Assembly (NCBI GenBank): GCA_002498375.1
Contig: DAHC01000002.1
Location: 15,860-39,859 of the forward strand
Direction of reading: 5' to 3'
Length of the DNA stretch: 24,000 bases
Origin: Methanocorpusculum sp. UBA424
GTDB lineage: Archaea; Halobacteriota; Methanomicrobia; Methanomicrobiales; Methanocorpusculaceae
Made by a program: the position numbers and the translations under genes. This document shows positions 1 through 7,546 of the stretch, piece after piece; the stretch's first letter is position 1, and each line of letters starts with the position of its first letter. The notes beneath the pieces were generated by a model. It did not search any database, was not told the origin of the DNA, and saw only the letters and a program-made list of their open reading frames with translations.

Positions 1-512
1 GAACAGGAAGGACCAAGATCCGCAGAAAGGTCACGGTCAATGTTCCGGCAGGCATGGACAGCGGCATGCGTCTTCGCATGGAAGGATACGGCGAGGCAGG
101 AGATTACGGAGCGAGAAACGGCGATCTGTATATCGAAGTCTATGTCGTGGCAAATCCGAAGTTCGACCGCGAGGATGACAATCTGATCACGCAGTATGAG
201 ATCTCGCCGGCACAGGCGGCTCTCGGCTGCGAGGTGGAGATCGAGACGATCGACAGAAAGAAGGTCATGCTCAAGATCCCGGCAGGAATCTCCTACGGAA
301 CCCGTCTTAGAATCGCCGGCGAAGGTGTTCGAAGACGCGGCAACTACGGAAATCTGCTGGTTCGAATCGTGATCGCGACCCCAAAGAAGCTCTCCTCGGC
401 TGAAAAAGAGCTGTATCAAAAGCTGCTCAAGGCCGAAGGAAACGCCGGCTCTTCTTCCTCGAAGGATGACGAGAAGGAAAGCCGCAGCAAAAAGCGCGGG
501 ATTTTTAAATAA
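1..512 (+). CDS. dnaJ: DnaJ/Hsp40 co-chaperone, C-terminal part (5' end outside the window; codon phase starts at nt 3)
   Basis: The frame is open from nt 3. The translation ...VTVNVPAGMDSGMRLRMEGYGEAGDYGARNGDLYIEVYV...FDREDDNL... matches the DnaJ C-terminal substrate-binding region (G-x-GEAG ... GDLY). Stop TAA at 510-512. Confidence 0.9.
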   Translation, partial: TGRTKIRRKVTVNVPAGMDSGMRLRMEGYGEAGDYGARNGDLYIEVYVVANPKFDREDDNLITQYEISPAQAALGCEVEIETIDRKKVMLKIPAGISYGTRLRIAGEGVRRRGNYGNLLVRIVIATPKKLSSAEKELYQKLLKAEGNAGSSSSKDDEKESRSKKRGIFK

Positions 513-657
513 GTGAGGATGGAGTGATGGGAACCATCACTCCATCCGAAACGGGGAGCAAATCTTTGATTTGCGACTGCGGGTCGGATGCGAAGCAGAC
601 GACCTAAGCTGAGCAAACCAAAGGTTTGCGACCAAGTGAGGAAATCCCCTCCTCACT
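513..657. repeat. Mosaic hairpin-repeat element, a copy of the family also present at 21.6-22.2 kb
   Basis: Contains a perfect 14-bp stem with a GAA loop (517-547), two GAGCAA-NNC-NNN-GNN-TTGCG hairpins (556-576, 611-631) and an 8-bp stem (635-657). The modules agtgaggat / agcaaatc / gagcaaRccaaaggYttgcg occur in the same order as at 21987-22036. Confidence 0.7.
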
Positions 658-817
658 GACGATTATCTCCCACTACAATATATATGTAAACACCCCCGGA
701 TCGGTGCTCTTTGCAAAGGAGCATCTCCGTCTCACCCCTCTTTTTTTGCCTTTCATCACCCTGATCAAAACAGAAAGTGCCACCCTTAATTAACCCGCGC
801 GTCTATAGTAATAGATA

Positions 818-2311
818 ATGACTCTTGCACTGCTCTCAGTCTGGGATAAGACCGGGATCCTTGATCTCGCCCGCGTCCTGACTGCAAACAACATTGGGAT
901 CCTAAGTTCCGGAGGGACTGCCAAGGCTCTGCGTGAAGCCGGCATTCCTGCAAAAGACGTTTCAGACTACACCGGTTTTCCCGAGATGATGGACGGTCGC
1001 GTAAAGACCCTCCACCCGAAAGTCCACGGCGGTCTTCTCGGCCGCAGAGGCACCGATGACGATGTTATGATGAAACACGGCATCGAGAGAATCGACATTC
1101 TCTGTGTCAATCTGTATCCGTTCGAGGAGATGTCGAAAAAGAATCTCCCGCTCGAAGAACTCATCGAGTTCATCGACATCGGCGGCCCCGCAATGATCCG
1201 TGCAGCATCCAAAAACTACAAGGATGTTGCCGTTTTAACCGATCCGTCGGATTATCCGATGGCGATCGAAGCGATCAAAACCGGCGGGTTTACCCCGGAG
1301 CAGAAACTCCGTCTTGCGACCAAAGCATTCACCCGTACGGCGGGATACGACGCTGCGATCTCCAATTATCTCAACGGGATCGACAAGGAGTTCCCTGATG
1401 TGTACACAGTCCAGTTTGGCAACGGCAGAAAACTCAGATACGGAGAAAACCCGCATCAGAAGGCCGCCGTCTACGGTACCTCCGGCATCGCCGGTCAGGT
1501 CGCTCTGCAGGGCAAAGAGATGTCCTACAACAATTATCTCGATGTCCACGCAGCGGTCAGTCTCTGCAGAGAACTACCCGGATTTGCGACGGTGATCGTA
1601 AAGCACAATAATCCGTGCGGTGTTGCTCTTGGGAAAAACCAGCTTGAATCGTATATCAAGGCACGGGATGTCGACCCGGTCTCGGCTTACGGTTCGGTCG
1701 TTGCGATGAGCACGCACGTTGATACCGATATCGCGAAGGAGATCTGCTCGACCTTCGTTGAGGTCCTGATCGCTCCGTCGTTCAGCGACGAGGCACGCGA
1801 GATGATGAAGAAGAAGGAGAACATGCGTCTCTTAATTCTCCCGCCTGCAGAGCCTGCTGATGAGATCCGCACGATCGACGGCGGCATTCTTGTCCAGAGG
1901 ACCCCGGCATACACCGAGGACTGGAAGGTCGTTTCCAAGCGTGCTCCGACCCCGGACGAGGTCGAGGCACTCAAACTTGCCTGGAAGGTGGTTGAGTATG
2001 CGAAAAGCAATGCCATCATCTACGCGAACAAAACCGAGACGGTCGGAATCGGCGTCGGTCAGATGAACCGCGTGGACTCGGCGAAGATCGGGATCCAGAA
2101 GGCTGCGGAGTTCGGCAGAACGATGGAAGGAACCGTGATCGGGTCCGATGCGTTCCTGCCGTTTTCAGACACGCTGGAAGTGGCGGCCGCTGCAGGAGCG
2201 ACGGCGCTTATCCAGCCGGGCGGCTCGATTCGTGACAATGAAGTGCTCGCAAAGGCCGATGAGCTGGGTATCGCGATGGTGTTCACCGGAACCCGGCACT
2301 TCAGACATTAA
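818..2311 (+). CDS. purH: Bifunctional AICAR formyltransferase / IMP cyclohydrolase
   Basis: 497-aa ORF with an ATG start. N-terminal MGS-like domain (LLSVWDKTG...GGTAKAL...VKTLHPKVHGG) and AICARFT domain (LRYGENPHQ, KHNNPCG, GGSIRD). The TATA-like ttaattaa at 786-793 fits a leaderless transcript. Confidence 0.95.
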   Translation: MTLALLSVWDKTGILDLARVLTANNIGILSSGGTAKALREAGIPAKDVSDYTGFPEMMDGRVKTLHPKVHGGLLGRRGTDDDVMMKHGIERIDILCVNLYPFEEMSKKNLPLEELIEFIDIGGPAMIRAASKNYKDVAVLTDPSDYPMAIEAIKTGGFTPEQKLRLATKAFTRTAGYDAAISNYLNGIDKEFPDVYTVQFGNGRKLRYGENPHQKAAVYGTSGIAGQVALQGKEMSYNNYLDVHAAVSLCRELPGFATVIVKHNNPCGVALGKNQLESYIKARDVDPVSAYGSVVAMSTHVDTDIAKEICSTFVEVLIAPSFSDEAREMMKKKENMRLLILPPAEPADEIRTIDGGILVQRTPAYTEDWKVVSKRAPTPDEVEALKLAWKVVEYAKSNAIIYANKTETVGIGVGQMNRVDSAKIGIQKAAEFGRTMEGTVIGSDAFLPFSDTLEVAAAAGATALIQPGGSIRDNEVLAKADELGIAMVFTGTRHFRH

Positions 2312-2321
2312 AGACGGATTC

Positions 2322-2348
2322 TTTTTGGGATCCCTCCCTGCTTTTTTT
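2322..2348 (+). terminator. Oligo-T terminator candidate after purH
   Basis: T5 (2322-2326) and T7 (2342-2348) lie within 40 nt of the purH stop. Archaeal RNA polymerase terminates at oligo-T tracts. Confidence 0.45.
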
Positions 2349-2661
2349 GATCGAGGCATCAGCCGGAATCGAATAGTTCCGTGCGATACGAAGACTGCAT
2401 GCGTGGTCGGGGAAGAAATGCTTCAATTTCACGTGTATTTAACATTCTGACAAAGGTATCGGCATATCCGATTCTTGCCGGAAAATGAATCAAACCTACC
2501 CAAACATCAGTCGAATCAGCTGTTTTCATCTGGAATTATACGGAAAACGGACCGTATAAGGCAACCGTTTTCCTATCGGAGCAAATTCAACGGGTATATT
2601 AGTATGAATTTCCCATATCTTCGGATGAAATATTATTGGAAACTGGCGTTTCGGTAATATA

Positions 2662-3600
2662 ATGGAGAATAGTATGGAAGAAGGGAAATGCCCTATATGT
2701 GGACAACATTGTTATATACATTCAAGAGCCGGGAGTAATGTTCCCACATACAAATGCGATTTCTGTTTTGCCTATGAACTTGCAGAAGAGGATATACCTC
2801 TGGCCCAGAAGCACAAGGTGATTCTTGCCGGGTATCTGTTTGAAACCCGCGGGAGATCGCATTCGATACGGATCAACGCAGCTACTCTTCCCATCATACT
2901 ATCCGATTCGCGTATCCCAAAAACTCCCCTGCAGAAACTGGATAAACTTGTTTTGTCGATTTACGATCTCGGATCGGGATTCAAGAACCATATCTCGAAA
3001 CTGGCAAAATACCCTCCGGCAGTATGCTATGCAGAAGATGCTGCCGAGTTCAACCTCATGGTTTCCACACTGAACGATATCGGCTATCTCCGGGAACGTC
3101 AGGCCCGTTTCGGCGAATACGACTGTGGATATTTTATCACCATCGAGGGGATGAAATACGCTGAATCTCTTCTTTCGGGCAATTCCAGGTCCACTATCGT
3201 GTTTGTCGCCATGCAGTGCTCCGCTGATCATGGGTCGGTGTACGAACAAGGGGTCAGGGCCGCGTGCGATGTGTTCGGTCTTTCCATCTCGATCGTCGAT
3301 ACACCTGAAAACGATGAGAATATTGCGGATAAAATCATTGCCGGCATTAAAACCAGCCGGTTTGTTATCGCAGACTTTACCAATAATGATCTCGGCGTCT
3401 ATTATAAAGCCGGATATGCCAAAGGACTCGGGCGTGAAGTAATTAAAACCTGCAGAAAGGCATGGTTTGAAGAGGAAAAAGACGGGAAACGGGTAAACCA
3501 GCTCTACTTCGATATGGAACGCGACAACCTTATTTTATGGCAGGATGAAAAGGATCTGAAAAGGAAGCTTGAGGATCGTATCCGTGCGGTGCTTCTCTAA
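2662..3600 (+). CDS. Hypothetical protein: N-terminal zinc ribbon, a central wHTH-like segment, and a C-terminal nucleoside 2-deoxyribosyltransferase-like / TIR-like Rossmann domain
   Basis: 312-aa ORF with an ATG start. It has CPICG...(x18)...CDFC near the N-terminus and ...IGYLRERQ...YFITIEGMKYAE in the middle. The C-terminus reads IVFVAM-x-S...VYEQGV...IADKIIAGIKTSRFVIADFTNNDLGVYYKAGYAKGLGREVI...FDMERDNLILW. That follows the pattern VFVAMPF...I..A.lVIADLT..NpNVfYElGyA.alGK.VI of NDT-like domains. Confidence 0.75.
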   Translation: MENSMEEGKCPICGQHCYIHSRAGSNVPTYKCDFCFAYELAEEDIPLAQKHKVILAGYLFETRGRSHSIRINAATLPIILSDSRIPKTPLQKLDKLVLSIYDLGSGFKNHISKLAKYPPAVCYAEDAAEFNLMVSTLNDIGYLRERQARFGEYDCGYFITIEGMKYAESLLSGNSRSTIVFVAMQCSADHGSVYEQGVRAACDVFGLSISIVDTPENDENIADKIIAGIKTSRFVIADFTNNDLGVYYKAGYAKGLGREVIKTCRKAWFEEEKDGKRVNQLYFDMERDNLILWQDEKDLKRKLEDRIRAVLL

Positions 3601-3634
3601 AAGTCTCCCCAAAAACGGCTTTTACAAAAAGTAA

Positions 3635-3651
3635 TTTTTTTTCAAAAAAAA
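3635..3651. terminator. Bidirectional oligo-T terminator between convergent genes
   Basis: The sequence T8-C-A8 (ttttttttcaaaaaaaa) lies between the stop at 3600 (+) and the stop at 3666 (-). It supplies a T8 tract on each strand. Confidence 0.5.
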
Positions 3652-3665
3652 TATGCAGAAAATAA

Positions 3666-4643
3666 TCAGGGAAGTCTGATCGTCCCGACGATCCGGAGTT
3701 TGCCCCCGTCCAGATAATGGATCACCGCGGTGTCGCCGGGTTTGTAGACAAGCGGCGTCTCCATCTCGAGAGTCAGCTTCGGAACATGCCAGTCCGATCC
3801 GTTGTCCACCTTCGTGATCCGTGCAGATAAGAACTGCATCCAGTGTCCAACGGACACGACCATCTGCTCTTTGATCTCTGACGGCCAGTACTTCACCAGA
3901 CGGGCATCGCCGGTGACCGTCGTCGTGTGGGTCACTTTCGGGTCGGTCGTGAGAACGAAGCCTCTGTCAAGTTCCTCGGCATCAATGTCTTTCAGGGCAC
4001 AGCCGACACGGTCGCCTGCATACGCCCAGGCGAAGTCGTCGTCATGCTTCTGGACCGATCTGATCTGTGCGGTTTTTCCGAGCGGTTCGACCCGCATCTT
4101 ATCGTGTTTTTTGATCCATCCGTCCGCAACGCATCCAAGGATGACTGTTCCAATACCCCGTACATTGAAGTGGTGATCGATCGGGACCGATCCGACTGCC
4201 CCTTCCTTCGGCTCGATGTCGGGCTGGTTTGCCGCACGTTCAAGAAGTTCGGCTGAAAGTCCGATGAAATCCTCTTCCATGATCTTATAGGCTTCAAGCA
4301 CCGTTCCCTTGGTCAATGGAGCAATCTGATTGGGCTGGATATAATTTTTGAGAACGATCGTTCCGTTTTTGACCCCGGCGCAGTCCAGCATCAGGATCCA
4401 CTCGGCAAGCATCGGGGTGATCTCCGAGACAACGACGATCGCCTCGTGGGCCATTGAAACAACATAGAACAGCGGAGCGAGTCTGTCCGGATATCTGGTC
4501 GGCTCCAGGAATGTTACGGTATCGTGACCTTTTTTCAGATTGTAGAAGGTGATATCGGTACTGGTTCCTTTTTTCCCGAGATCGCGGGCATATCCGTTAG
4601 GAGCCAGAACGGCGACGGTTAAGTTCGGCATGGTTATACTCAT
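3666..4643 (-). CDS. EF-Tu/SelB-like translational GTPase paralogue with a degenerate G domain
   Basis: The family-like sequence starts at MSITMPNLTVAVLAPNGYARDLGKKGTSTD (ATG at 4643, alternative at 4631). The longer track ORF to 4916 adds non-homologous sequence. An EF-Tu domain-II-like block is present (PIDHHFNVRGIGTVILGCVADGWIKKHDKMRVEPLGKTAQIRSVQKHDD...AGDRVG). A canonical GxxxxGK(S/T) P-loop is absent. Confidence 0.75.
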   Translation of the reverse strand: MSITMPNLTVAVLAPNGYARDLGKKGTSTDITFYNLKKGHDTVTFLEPTRYPDRLAPLFYVVSMAHEAIVVVSEITPMLAEWILMLDCAGVKNGTIVLKNYIQPNQIAPLTKGTVLEAYKIMEEDFIGLSAELLERAANQPDIEPKEGAVGSVPIDHHFNVRGIGTVILGCVADGWIKKHDKMRVEPLGKTAQIRSVQKHDDDFAWAYAGDRVGCALKDIDAEELDRGFVLTTDPKVTHTTTVTGDARLVKYWPSEIKEQMVVSVGHWMQFLSARITKVDNGSDWHVPKLTLEMETPLVYKPGDTAVIHYLDGGKLRIVGTIRLP

Positions 4644-4779
4644 TGGTGTTTTCGCATCATTATATTTATGGGTTTTATCGTCCGCATCCCCTTCCCACTC
4701 AGTACACACGGTCCAAAAAAACCAAATTTCCGATAAAAATCCCACAACATTTATCTCTTCATCATGCACATTATCAGAT

Positions 4780-4962
4780 ATGAAAAATGTGAAAACGTCA
4801 GTTGATGGAGATATTCTTACAATTACGGTCGATCTTTCCCAGGAAGTAGGCCCCTCATCCTCAGGCAAGACCATTATCATTGGGTCCAGCATGGGAAACA
4901 AACCCATTGACCGCAAACACCCCGACGTCCGTGTTGGTGTAAACGTTTATAAAAAGATTTAA
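4780..4962 (+). CDS. Small hypothetical protein (60 aa)
   Basis: ATG at 4780 gives MKNVKTSVDGDILTITVDLSQEVGPSSSGKTIIIGSSMGNKPI...VGVNVYKKI, which has a globular-looking composition. The upstream part of the track ORF (4549-4779) is antisense to the EF-like gene start and looks spurious. Confidence 0.45.
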   Translation: MKNVKTSVDGDILTITVDLSQEVGPSSSGKTIIIGSSMGNKPIDRKHPDVRVGVNVYKKI

Positions 4963-5025
4963 GACGTTACGATCTATTCTCTTTTCAATGATCCGTCTAC
5001 GTCTGCGTGTCTCTAAGGTAACTGT

Positions 5026-5703
5026 ATGCGTCCGTATGTGATAATCAACGCAGCCATGAGTGCTGACGGAAAACTCGCCACCCGGGAAAGGAAACAGACC
5101 AAAATATCAGGTCACGACGATTTTTTGCGGGTGGACCGTCTTCGTGCCGATTCGGACGCGATAATGGTGGGTATAGGAACCGTCCTCTCCGACGATCCGT
5201 CTCTTCGTCTCAAAAGCGAGGAGCATGCCGGCGTGCGCAAAGCGAACGGCAAGGATCCCCATCCGATGCGGGTCGTGATCGACAGTATGGCCAGAATGCC
5301 TGCAGACGGCGATATGTTCAAAAAAGGACTGGGCCGTGTGGTCGTTTTCGTTTCTGAAAAGGCCCCAAAGGAAAAATGCGACTCCTTGAGAGAAAAAGCG
5401 ACCGTGATCCCGGCAGGTGCGGATTCGGTCGATCTGAAGATCGTGTTGGACGAGCTCGCAAAACTCGGGGTCAAACAGCTGATGGTCGAAGGAGGAGCTA
5501 CCCTGTTATGGTCGTTTATGAGCAGCGGTCTCTTTGACGAAATACGCATATATATCGGAGCGCTGATCATTGGCGGAAAAGATGCTCCGACACTTGCCGA
5601 CGGACAGGGTTTCACGAATCCCGACGAGTTCCCCCGTCTCACGCTCAAAAATGTTGAACCAATCGACGACGGTGTCCTGCTGACCTGGGGAAAAAAAGCG
5701 TGA
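5026..5703 (+). CDS. 2,5-diamino-6-(ribosylamino)-4(3H)-pyrimidinone 5'-phosphate reductase (RibD C-terminal-type, archaeal riboflavin pathway)
   Basis: 225 aa. MRPYVIINAAMSADGKLA...DAIMVGIGTVLSDDPSLRL...MVEGGATLLWSF...DEIRIYI is typical of the RibD_C/MjaRED reductase family. Confidence 0.85.
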   Translation: MRPYVIINAAMSADGKLATRERKQTKISGHDDFLRVDRLRADSDAIMVGIGTVLSDDPSLRLKSEEHAGVRKANGKDPHPMRVVIDSMARMPADGDMFKKGLGRVVVFVSEKAPKEKCDSLREKATVIPAGADSVDLKIVLDELAKLGVKQLMVEGGATLLWSFMSSGLFDEIRIYIGALIIGGKDAPTLADGQGFTNPDEFPRLTLKNVEPIDDGVLLTWGKKA

Positions 5704-5706
5704 ATA

Positions 5707-7266
5707 TTATTTTACCAGCCGCTTTTTCCGAAGCAGCCTGTTATATGTAATTGCAAATCTGTGTGCCTCGTCCCGTATCTCCTGGAGGTACATGTTTGCC
5801 TTCGTCTTTTTTCCAAACGGCAGCGGGAACGGCACGCCTGATACGAATACTTCTTCTTCCGCTTTCGCGAGGGAGATGAGGGGGATATCGGCATCGAGCT
5901 CATCCAGGATCCGTTTGGCTGACGAGAGCTGCCCTTTCCCTCCGTCGATCACGATCAGATCGGGAAGAGGTTTTTCCTCTTCGATCAGGCGGCTGTATCT
6001 GCGGCGGACGACTTCTGCCATCGAAGCGAAGTCGTCGATCCCCTCGACCGTTTTGATTTTGAACCGCCGGTAGTTTCTCTTATCCGGCCTGCCGGCTCGA
6101 AACTGGACCATGGAGGCGACCGTATCGGTTCCTGAAAGGTGGGAGATATCGAAACACTCGATGACATTCGGCGGTGTCTTGAGATGAAGGGCAGCCTGGA
6201 GTTCCATGACCTTTATTTCGTCGCCGAAGTGGACCGTCTCGATATTCTTTCCCGCAAGTTCGAGCAGTTTTTTCTTGGCTCCCTGTTTCGGGACGGTGAT
6301 TTTGACCACATGTCCCGCAACATTTCCAAGATACGCAGCGAGCGCTTCGTCCAGCTCCTCCTCGACGATTATCTCCTTTGGAGCCGGATTTTCTGTGTAG
6401 TATCTCGCAACGAACTCCTCGAAAAATCCGTCGGAGGCATCGAAAATGAACTCGTCCCTGCCGCCGAGCGTTCCTTTGTAGACATGGAAGACCATCAGAT
6501 ACACCGTTCCGTCAGCCACGCGGTAGGCAATCACATCCTCGTCATGATCGGTTTTTCTCGCGACATACTGGCGGGAGGAAAGATTCTCGACCGCCGTGAT
6601 CATATCCCGGCAGAGAAGGGCAGCTTCGAACTCCATATCCTTCGAATACTCTGCCATCTCCTCTTCGAGTTTGGTTTTGATCTCCTTTGTGCTGCCTTTC
6701 AGGACATCCGCGGCATAGCTGCACTGTTTTGCATACTCCTCGAAGGAGACATGCCCTCCGCAGGGCCCTGTGCAGTTGCCTATATGATAGCGAAGGCAGG
6801 GTCTGTTCTTCGGCATATTTTTACAGGACCTGAGTCTGAAGGTTTTTTTCACGACCGAGAGCACATAGTCCCGCTCCTTTGCCGAGACGAACGGCCCGAA
6901 AAACTGCCCGTTCCCGCGGGTGTTTCTCGCGATGGTGATACGCGGATACGGCTCTTTCGTGAGTTCGATGTATGCATAGGATTTTGCATCCTTGAGGTCG
7001 ATGTTGTACTTTGGCTGGTGATGTTTGATGAGCGTATTTTCCAGAAGATATGCCTCTTCATCGGTCGCGGTGATGATGTACTCGACTGATCTGATCGCCG
7101 CCACCAGTTTTTGCGTTTTTGGATCGTGATCCTTTTTCTGAAAATAGGAAGAGACGCGTTTTCGCAGATCTTTTGCTTTTCCGACGTAGATAATCGTCCC
7201 TTCGCTGTTTTTGTACAAGTAGCAGCCCGGCGAATGGGGAATGTCGGCAAGATCGATGGGGGACAT
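5707..7266 (-). CDS. uvrC: Excinuclease ABC subunit C, short form that ends before the usual C-terminal (HhH)2 domain
   Basis: 519 aa with an ATG start. GIY-YIG domain (PGCYLYKNSEGTIIYVGKAKDLRKRVSSYF), Cys cluster (CLRYHIGNCTGPC), UVR-like helix, and RNase-H-like endonuclease domain (IECFDISHLSG...VIDGGKGQL...EAHRFAITYNR). The ORF stops 8 codons after the HRFAI motif. Confidence 0.9.
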   Translation of the reverse strand: MSPIDLADIPHSPGCYLYKNSEGTIIYVGKAKDLRKRVSSYFQKKDHDPKTQKLVAAIRSVEYIITATDEEAYLLENTLIKHHQPKYNIDLKDAKSYAYIELTKEPYPRITIARNTRGNGQFFGPFVSAKERDYVLSVVKKTFRLRSCKNMPKNRPCLRYHIGNCTGPCGGHVSFEEYAKQCSYAADVLKGSTKEIKTKLEEEMAEYSKDMEFEAALLCRDMITAVENLSSRQYVARKTDHDEDVIAYRVADGTVYLMVFHVYKGTLGGRDEFIFDASDGFFEEFVARYYTENPAPKEIIVEEELDEALAAYLGNVAGHVVKITVPKQGAKKKLLELAGKNIETVHFGDEIKVMELQAALHLKTPPNVIECFDISHLSGTDTVASMVQFRAGRPDKRNYRRFKIKTVEGIDDFASMAEVVRRRYSRLIEEEKPLPDLIVIDGGKGQLSSAKRILDELDADIPLISLAKAEEEVFVSGVPFPLPFGKKTKANMYLQEIRDEAHRFAITYNRLLRKKRLVK

Positions 7267-7309
7267 TTTCGGCAGGTTAATGTATGGGGGTGAATGTATC
7301 TTTAATCAT

Positions 7310-7537
7310 ATGGTTGTTCCTTGTTTAACCTGTCTGCATATGGATTCTCATGAATATACCTACGACAAAGAGCGGGATTTTTACAACTACCGTATCACCT
7401 GCAAACTAGGTATCGTTCTGCCCGATCCAATGCCGAAATCAGGATTCACCTGCGATAAATATGAAAATAAACTTGCGTCGATGCCGCGGATCAGAAGGAG
7501 TTCCTGTGCGATCGATGTCGAACAGGTTAAAAAATAA
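7310..7537 (+). CDS. Small Cys-containing hypothetical protein (75 aa), tentative
   Basis: ATG at 7310 gives MVVPCLTCLHMDSHEYTYDKERDFYNYRITCKLG...FTCDKYENK (CxxC plus two further Cys). It occupies an otherwise empty 280-nt gap between two minus-strand genes. The TATA-like ttaatgtat at about 7277-7285 fits a leaderless start. I recognise no homology. Confidence 0.35.
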   Translation: MVVPCLTCLHMDSHEYTYDKERDFYNYRITCKLGIVLPDPMPKSGFTCDKYENKLASMPRIRRSSCAIDVEQVKK

Positions 7538-7546
7538 TTTTTTTGT

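Noticed and set aside
517-547. The 14-bp perfect hairpin read as the dnaJ intrinsic terminator
   Set aside because: Archaeal termination relies on oligo-T tracts rather than hairpins, and no T-run follows. The hairpin sits inside a module of the dispersed repeat family, so it is better explained as part of that element.
2475-2657. 60-aa TTG-initiated ORF upstream of the zinc-ribbon/NDT-like gene
   Set aside because: It has a non-ATG start, no motifs, and sits in the AT-rich promoter-like region. It contains a 9-bp-stem hairpin (ggaaaacgg...ccgttttcc, about 2554-2592) and is more likely untranslated.
3666-4916. The full 416-aa version of the EF-like ORF
   Set aside because: The first 91 residues (MRSMGLFPMLDPMIM...WFFWTVCTEW...) have no family resemblance and would cover the divergent promoter region and the start of the 4780 ORF. 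An internal ATG at 4643/4631 immediately precedes the conserved N-terminus.
6139-7089. 316-aa plus-strand ORF
   Set aside because: It is entirely antisense to the well-supported uvrC gene. It has low-complexity, Leu/Arg/Phe-rich content with no recognisable motifs, typical of a shadow ORF.
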